A DNA stretch of 20,000 nucleotides. Origin: an uncultured virus (IMG/VR IMGVR_UViG_3300027739_000008). Its lineage: Duplodnaviria; Heunggongvirae; Uroviricota; Caudoviricetes. The notes beneath the pieces were generated by a model. The model was given only the letters and a program-made list of their open reading frames with translations, did no database searches and had not been told where the DNA came from. The position numbers were made by a program, and so were the translations under genes. The DNA lies in the IMG/VR virus record IMGVR_UViG_3300027739_000008; one strand, given 5' to 3'. Positions 15,701-20,000 of this stretch are shown piece after piece (within the stretch, counting starts at the first letter, position 1; the number at the start of each line of letters is the position of its first letter).

Positions 15701-17172
15701 TGTCAGGGAAACTTGCTATTTCCAATTTTGTACAGGTCACCCTTTTGGCGGCCTTGCGCGGGCTCGCGGACGTAAACACCTCCGCCCTCGCGTTTTTCGC
15801 CGACGAGGTCCCGATCCCTTCTAATTATGGGGATTATGGGATTTATACCGGTCCCGATGGCGTCGCCCAGGACTTCGGATCGAACTCCGACGCCTATCGA
15901 ATCGCCGTTTCTGTTTTCAGCCAATCCCCGAGCATTATGAGCGCGGGCGGATACCTCGTAATTATTCCCCGGAAAGCATCGGCCCCGGCAGCCGCAGCGA
16001 CTATTCTTGGCACGGGACCGGTCGACCTTACGGACCTGACGGGAACCGACTACAAGATAAGTTTGGCGATTGACGGCGGAGCTGACGCGGATATTACCAT
16101 CGGGGCAATCAATAGTACGTCGCTCTTGACGGCGACCGCTTCGCTCAATCCCTACGCGCTCGAAACGGCCGGGGCGATTATCGAAGTGACCGGAGAGCTC
16201 ACGGCGGCGCTGATTACCCTGAAATCCGATACCGCCGGCGCAACGTCCGCCCTGACTGTCGGCTCGGCGGCCGCGACCGATATCGCTCCCGCCTTGAAGC
16301 TGGCCGGAAGCGCGACCGGTGCGGCGACGGGAACCGAACGACTCAAGGACGCGATACTCCGCGCTTCGGCTCTTGTTCCGTTCTTCGGAATTATCTCTAC
16401 CGATAAGCCCGCGGACGCGCTCTTCTTGGAAACCGCGAAAACCATACAGACGATGGATAAACTCTGGATCGTCGGATCGCCGACCGTGGGCGATATCAAG
16501 GGAATCTTTACGACCATTTTGGGCGCAGGACTCACGCATACCCGGTGCCTGTTTTATTCTTCGTCCGCCGATGACGCCTTCGATTTCGCCGCGGGTTACG
16601 CGGGGCGCGGACTCTCGATTGACTTCTCGGGATTCAATACCGCCCACACGATGCACGGAAAAGAGATCGTCGGAATGGTTGCTGATCCCGGCATGACGCA
16701 GACCGTCTTGACCGACTGCAAGAATGCCGGTGTGGATTTCTACGGAGACTTTGGCGTTCCGAAAGTCTTTACCTCCGGAGCGAATCAGTTCTTTGATCAG
16801 ATTTATTCCAGGCTGGCGTTCAAGCTCCGGCTGACCATCGCTGGATTCAATTTCCTGACCACGACCAATACCAAGATCCCGCAGACTGAGGAAGGCATGA
16901 ATGGACTCAAGGGAGCATACCGGAAAGTCTGCAAGCAGTTCGTCGATGCCGGCGTGTTTGCGCCGGGTACGTGGCTCAGTTCGACCACGTTCGGGAAGCC
17001 GGAAGACCACATGAGAAACATTGCGGGTTTCGGGTACTACATTTACTCGATGCCGATCTCGAGCCAGTCGCAGACGGACAGGAACGCGCGCAAGGCTCCG
17101 GCCACGTACATAGCGTGTAAGGACTCGGGCGCGATTCACTCGGCTGATGTAAGCGTGATGGTTGAAGCCTAA
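15700..17172 (+). CDS. Contractile tail sheath protein (DUF3383-like)
   Basis: 490 aa; motifs VAQDFG, FSQSP, KIPQTEEG, GYYIY and GAIHSADV; precedes the tube gene. Confidence 0.9.
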   Translation: MSGKLAISNFVQVTLLAALRGLADVNTSALAFFADEVPIPSNYGDYGIYTGPDGVAQDFGSNSDAYRIAVSVFSQSPSIMSAGGYLVIIPRKASAPAAAATILGTGPVDLTDLTGTDYKISLAIDGGADADITIGAINSTSLLTATASLNPYALETAGAIIEVTGELTAALITLKSDTAGATSALTVGSAAATDIAPALKLAGSATGAATGTERLKDAILRASALVPFFGIISTDKPADALFLETAKTIQTMDKLWIVGSPTVGDIKGIFTTILGAGLTHTRCLFYSSSADDAFDFAAGYAGRGLSIDFSGFNTAHTMHGKEIVGMVADPGMTQTVLTDCKNAGVDFYGDFGVPKVFTSGANQFFDQIYSRLAFKLRLTIAGFNFLTTTNTKIPQTEEGMNGLKGAYRKVCKQFVDAGVFAPGTWLSSTTFGKPEDHMRNIAGFGYYIYSMPISSQSQTDRNARKAPATYIACKDSGAIHSADVSVMVEA

Positions 17173-17204
17173 AAAACCAAAAGGCCCCGCCAATAACGGC
17201 GGGG
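17171..17204 (-). terminator. GC hairpin between sheath and tube; terminator-like on the minus strand
   Basis: CCCCGCC-AATAAC-GGCGGGG at 17185-17204. The A-runs lie to the left, so a U-tract exists only on the minus strand. Confidence 0.45.
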
Positions 17205-17217
17205 GAAGGAAAAAGAC

Positions 17218-17670
17218 ATGAGCGTAGCACTGACCGGAAAAGATACGACCATCCTTGACACCCGAATGCTGACCGATTTCGGGACCGGGGATGTCGTCAA
17301 TATCGAGGCACCGAACAATCTCGTCGAGATGAAGCAGGGCAAGAACGGAAACGCGATTTACGCGTACAATGCGACCGGAAAGCAGGTCAACGTCACGGTG
17401 CGCGTCATTCGCGGATCGGCGGATGACAAGTACCTCGCGTCCAGGATGCAGGAATATATCAATGACCCCGCCGCGTTCATCCTGATTTCGGGCGAGTTCA
17501 TCAAACGATCGGGCGACGGCGCGGGAAACATCACGAACGAGGTGTATACCCTCGGCGGTGGCGTCATCCAGAAAATGCCGGGCGGAAAAGAAAACGTCGA
17601 GGGAGATACCGAACAGGCTATTTCCATTTACGTGATCGTCTTCTCGAATGCCGACCGGGTACTGGGGTAA
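17218..17670 (+). CDS. Tail tube protein
   Basis: 150 aa directly after the sheath gene; AAGGA RBS; beta-rich. Confidence 0.85.
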   Translation: MSVALTGKDTTILDTRMLTDFGTGDVVNIEAPNNLVEMKQGKNGNAIYAYNATGKQVNVTVRVIRGSADDKYLASRMQEYINDPAAFILISGEFIKRSGDGAGNITNEVYTLGGGVIQKMPGGKENVEGDTEQAISIYVIVFSNADRVLG

Positions 17671-17673
17671 GAT

Positions 17674-18135
17674 ATGAAAATTTCAGGAGTGGAAATTCAT
17701 ATCGAGCTCGCGGAATTCAGGGACGCCCTTGCGCTGCAGAAAGCCCTAGGGCGATCTTTGAAGGGACAAAAACTCGACCTTGCCGGGGTGTCCTCCGACG
17801 TTATCAAAAAAGACGCTTCCGGGAACATTGATGTTTCATCGGTTGATATTTCCGGGGCAGGAGGGATCGCGACGACGATTCTAAATTTGCTTTTAGGGCC
17901 CGTTTGCTCGGATGAAGTAGAATCGGCGGCTTTGGCGTGCGCAAAAAAATGCTACGTCGAATCGACGCGCGACCCGATCAATATTGACTTTTTTGACAAG
18001 CTAGAGAATCGTGAACTCTATTACCCGATAATGGTTGAGGTAATAAAGGCAAATTGCGGCCCTTTTATCAAAGGCCTCGTTTCGTCGTTCGGGGACCTCG
18101 GGGCGATTCTCGGAAAAGGCCTGACACGGAAATAA
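17674..18135 (+). CDS. Tail assembly chaperone (lambda gpG-like)
   Basis: Lies between tube and tape measure and contains the slippery heptamer C CCT TTT at 18060-18066. Confidence 0.8.
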   Translation: MKISGVEIHIELAEFRDALALQKALGRSLKGQKLDLAGVSSDVIKKDASGNIDVSSVDISGAGGIATTILNLLLGPVCSDEVESAALACAKKCYVESTRDPINIDFFDKLENRELYYPIMVEVIKANCGPFIKGLVSSFGDLGAILGKGLTRK

Positions 18136-18308
18136 ACGTTGACGACGTGGATCTTATTGCCTTGCGAATTGCGAAGGCTGGATACTATGGCGGAGACCCA
18201 GGAGCCGTCAAACGCGCCCCGGTTGACGACGTCTTAAATGTTCTTTCGTATGACGTTTTCTTGAGCGAATATGATAGCGTCGAATATGAAATAAACAAAA
18301 AAGAATAG
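18060..18308 (+). CDS. -1 frameshift extension of the tail assembly chaperone (gpGT-like)
   Basis: The -1 frame is open from 18039 to TAG 18308 with no credible independent start or RBS. The predicted fusion is about 211 aa. Confidence 0.75.
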   Translation, partial: PFYQRPRFVVRGPRGDSRKRPDTEINVDDVDLIALRIAKAGYYGGDPGAVKRAPVDDVLNVLSYDVFLSEYDSVEYEINKKE

Positions 18309-18320
18309 AAGGGTTTTCTG

Positions 18321-18369
18321 ACCCGGCTCGGCGCGGGGTGCTATCACTCCTACCCGCGCCGGGTTTTTT
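18321..18369 (+). terminator. Intrinsic terminator between the chaperone and the antisense gene
   Basis: CGGCGCGGG (18329-18337) pairs with CCCGCGCCG (18353-18361) and is followed by TTTTTT. Confidence 0.7.
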
Positions 18370-18371
18370 AT

Positions 18372-18827
18372 TTAATTATCGAACCAGAAAATGAGCCGAA
18401 CGGAGTCACAGGATTTCGGTATATAATCAGTATCATGGTAATGTTTGAAAGAAGTCAGTCCGTTACCGAACATATACGTTCCATTCAAAACGCCGCTTTC
18501 AAGATCATATTGATTCCATGCGTATTTTTCGTCTTTGGCGTCCGCTTCTTTTTTCTTTTCATTAAGCCAGTTTTGAAGAGCGTCAATTTCTTCCTCGTTA
18601 AACCATGACGCAGTATGGGCGTCACAGACCCATCGTTCCCAGTCGAGCTGAGTGATTACCGACATGTCATCGGGAACACCCTTAGGCTCTACGATTGGTT
18701 TTACGTCTACCCGAACACCGGCCATAATTCCGAAAAGATGATACCATCGATCAATGTTCGGAACCGCATAATGTTCCCATTTTCCGTTACAACGAATTTC
18801 TACGTGAGCATGAATGTCACAACCCAT
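18372..18827 (-). CDS. Phage hypothetical protein (MGCDIH...RLIFWFDN type), antisense cassette
   Basis: 151-aa ORF with its own promoter. I recall the terminal motifs from phage proteins of unknown function. Confidence 0.75.
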   Translation of the reverse strand: MGCDIHAHVEIRCNGKWEHYAVPNIDRWYHLFGIMAGVRVDVKPIVEPKGVPDDMSVITQLDWERWVCDAHTASWFNEEEIDALQNWLNEKKKEADAKDEKYAWNQYDLESGVLNGTYMFGNGLTSFKHYHDTDYIPKSCDSVRLIFWFDN

Positions 18828-18859
18828 AAATCCCGTCCTTTACCCCTCAGGGTAATTTA

Positions 18860-18888
18860 ATTCTATACCCTATTTTAATTCCCGTCAA
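18860..18888 (-). promoter_or_regulatory. Promoter for the antisense gene
   Basis: On the minus strand: TTGACG (18888-18883), 17 bp, TAGAAT (18865-18860). Confidence 0.75.
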
Positions 18889-18897
18889 TAGCCCCGC

Positions 18898-18926
18898 TTG
18901 TAAAAAGTGCAATCCCCCTGTATTAT
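18898..18926 (+). promoter_or_regulatory. Promoter for the tape measure gene
   Basis: TTGTAA (18898-18903), 17 bp, TATTAT (18921-18926); GGAGG at 18935-18939. Confidence 0.7.
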
Positions 18927-18943
18927 TCTTCTATGGAGGCCGT

Positions 18944-20000
18944 ATGAATATTCTTGAATTATTCGCTCATATTGGCCTGAAAGCCGATACCGGCCCCGCC
19001 GAAGCCTTCAACAAATCGATTGGCGGCATGAAAACCGCACTTGTCGGCGCTATCGCGGGAACCCTCTCGCTCTCCGCCGCCGTCAAAGCCGTCAACGATC
19101 AATTCAATCAGTCTCTCACCATGCAGAAATTCGCCGACGACACCGGAGAATCGGTCGAGGAAATGCAAAAATGGAAGGCCGTTGCGCAGCAAGTCTCCGG
19201 GGCCGGGGCAACGGTCGCCGAAAGCATACGGGCGATATCCTCCAATCAAGCAAAAATACGGCTCGGGCAGGGAAACATATCGGGGTATCAGCTCTTGGGC
19301 ATTGATTCGCGTTCCGATCCGTTCAAGGTGCTGGAAGCGATACGGACGAAAACTCAAGGGCTTTCTCAATCCATGCGCCGGAATATTGCGGGGCAGTTTG
19401 GTATCTCCAATGACCTCGTAAAAACTCTTGAACTCACGAACGAACAATTTGACGAAATGGCGAAGAACGCTTTTGTTATACCTTCGGAAAATATTGAGTC
19501 AATGAACAAAGCAAGAGCGTCCGTCGAGACGGTAAAAAACGCGATAAATTTCTTGACGGCTAAATTTGTCACAGCCTTGGCGCCGGCGATAAAAATGGTT
19601 TCCGACAAGATCGCAGAGTTTACCAGGAATCACGGAGCCAATCTTGCGCGTTGGATTCAACAAATCATACAAACGATAACGCGGGTGCTTGGACTTATAG
19701 ACAAAACAATTAAAAGCACCGTTGGTTGGAAGACGGTTTTAATGGGCTTGGCAGTAGCTTTTTTTATATTAAACTCTGCAATAATGCTTCCCGTTGCCGC
19801 CATAGCACTTCTTTTTATTGCACTTGAAGATATTGCGGCCTATTCTCGCGGAGAGGATAGCTTGGTTGGAAGGTTTTTGAAAGGAATGCCGGAATTCAAA
19901 AAAGTTTTTGACGATTTACTTGAGATAGTACAATTACTCATAACGGCCATAGGCTCGGTTTTCTCCGGAGATTTTTCAAAGCTCGACGAAATGACCCGCA
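18944..20000 (+). CDS. Tape measure protein, 3'-truncated by the window (absent from the ORF track)
   Basis: My translation MNILELFAHIGLKADTG...GESVEEMQKW...YQLLGI... stays open to the window end. It is helical, has a hydrophobic segment (VLMGLAVAFFILNSAIMLPVAAIALLFIALEDI), and follows the chaperone genes. Confidence 0.88.
   Translation, partial: MNILELFAHIGLKADTGPAEAFNKSIGGMKTALVGAIAGTLSLSAAVKAVNDQFNQSLTMQKFADDTGESVEEMQKWKAVAQQVSGAGATVAESIRAISSNQAKIRLGQGNISGYQLLGIDSRSDPFKVLEAIRTKTQGLSQSMRRNIAGQFGISNDLVKTLELTNEQFDEMAKNAFVIPSENIESMNKARASVETVKNAINFLTAKFVTALAPAIKMVSDKIAEFTRNHGANLARWIQQIIQTITRVLGLIDKTIKSTVGWKTVLMGLAVAFFILNSAIMLPVAAIALLFIALEDIAAYSRGEDSLVGRFLKGMPEFKKVFDDLLEIVQLLITAIGSVFSGDFSKLDEMTR

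Noticed and set aside
15970..16340. Ala/Thr-rich insertion in the sheath protein as a novel domain
   Set aside because: Sheaths of this length commonly carry an outer beta-domain at this position, and nothing distinctive is visible.
15703..17193. 496-aa ORF antisense to the sheath gene, and many similar shadow ORFs
   Set aside because: It mirrors the sheath reading frame, is Arg/Gly-rich, and has no motifs or RBS. Such ORFs are an expected by-product of GC-rich codon bias.

Overview
A 20 kb segment of a tailed phage or prophage with a contractile tail (myovirus-like), mostly on the + strand. Gene order: partial DUF3987-type primase/helicase, a very AT-rich repeat-laden interval (likely origin), a Cys-rich ORF, VRR-NUC nuclease, HNH-AP2 endonuclease, orphan DNA methyltransferase, terS, a second methyltransferase, PBSX-type terL, portal, Mu gpF-like head protein, prohead protease/scaffold, decoration protein, major capsid protein, neck proteins, sheath, tube, tail chaperone with a -1 frameshift, and a partial tape measure. 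Three antisense cassettes with their own promoters interrupt the late operon, and each is followed by a divergent promoter that restarts it. The most interesting observation is a glycosyltransferase-like gene in the head module whose C-terminal domain appears paralogous to the adjacent small head-module protein, a candidate capsid-targeted virion modification system. Other notable points: leaderless promoter architecture, two free-standing endonucleases that seem to have remodelled neighbouring gene 3' ends, a nested scaffold start, and a B-repeat fused to the head-closure protein. Family names come from motif recall and synteny; no database search was run.
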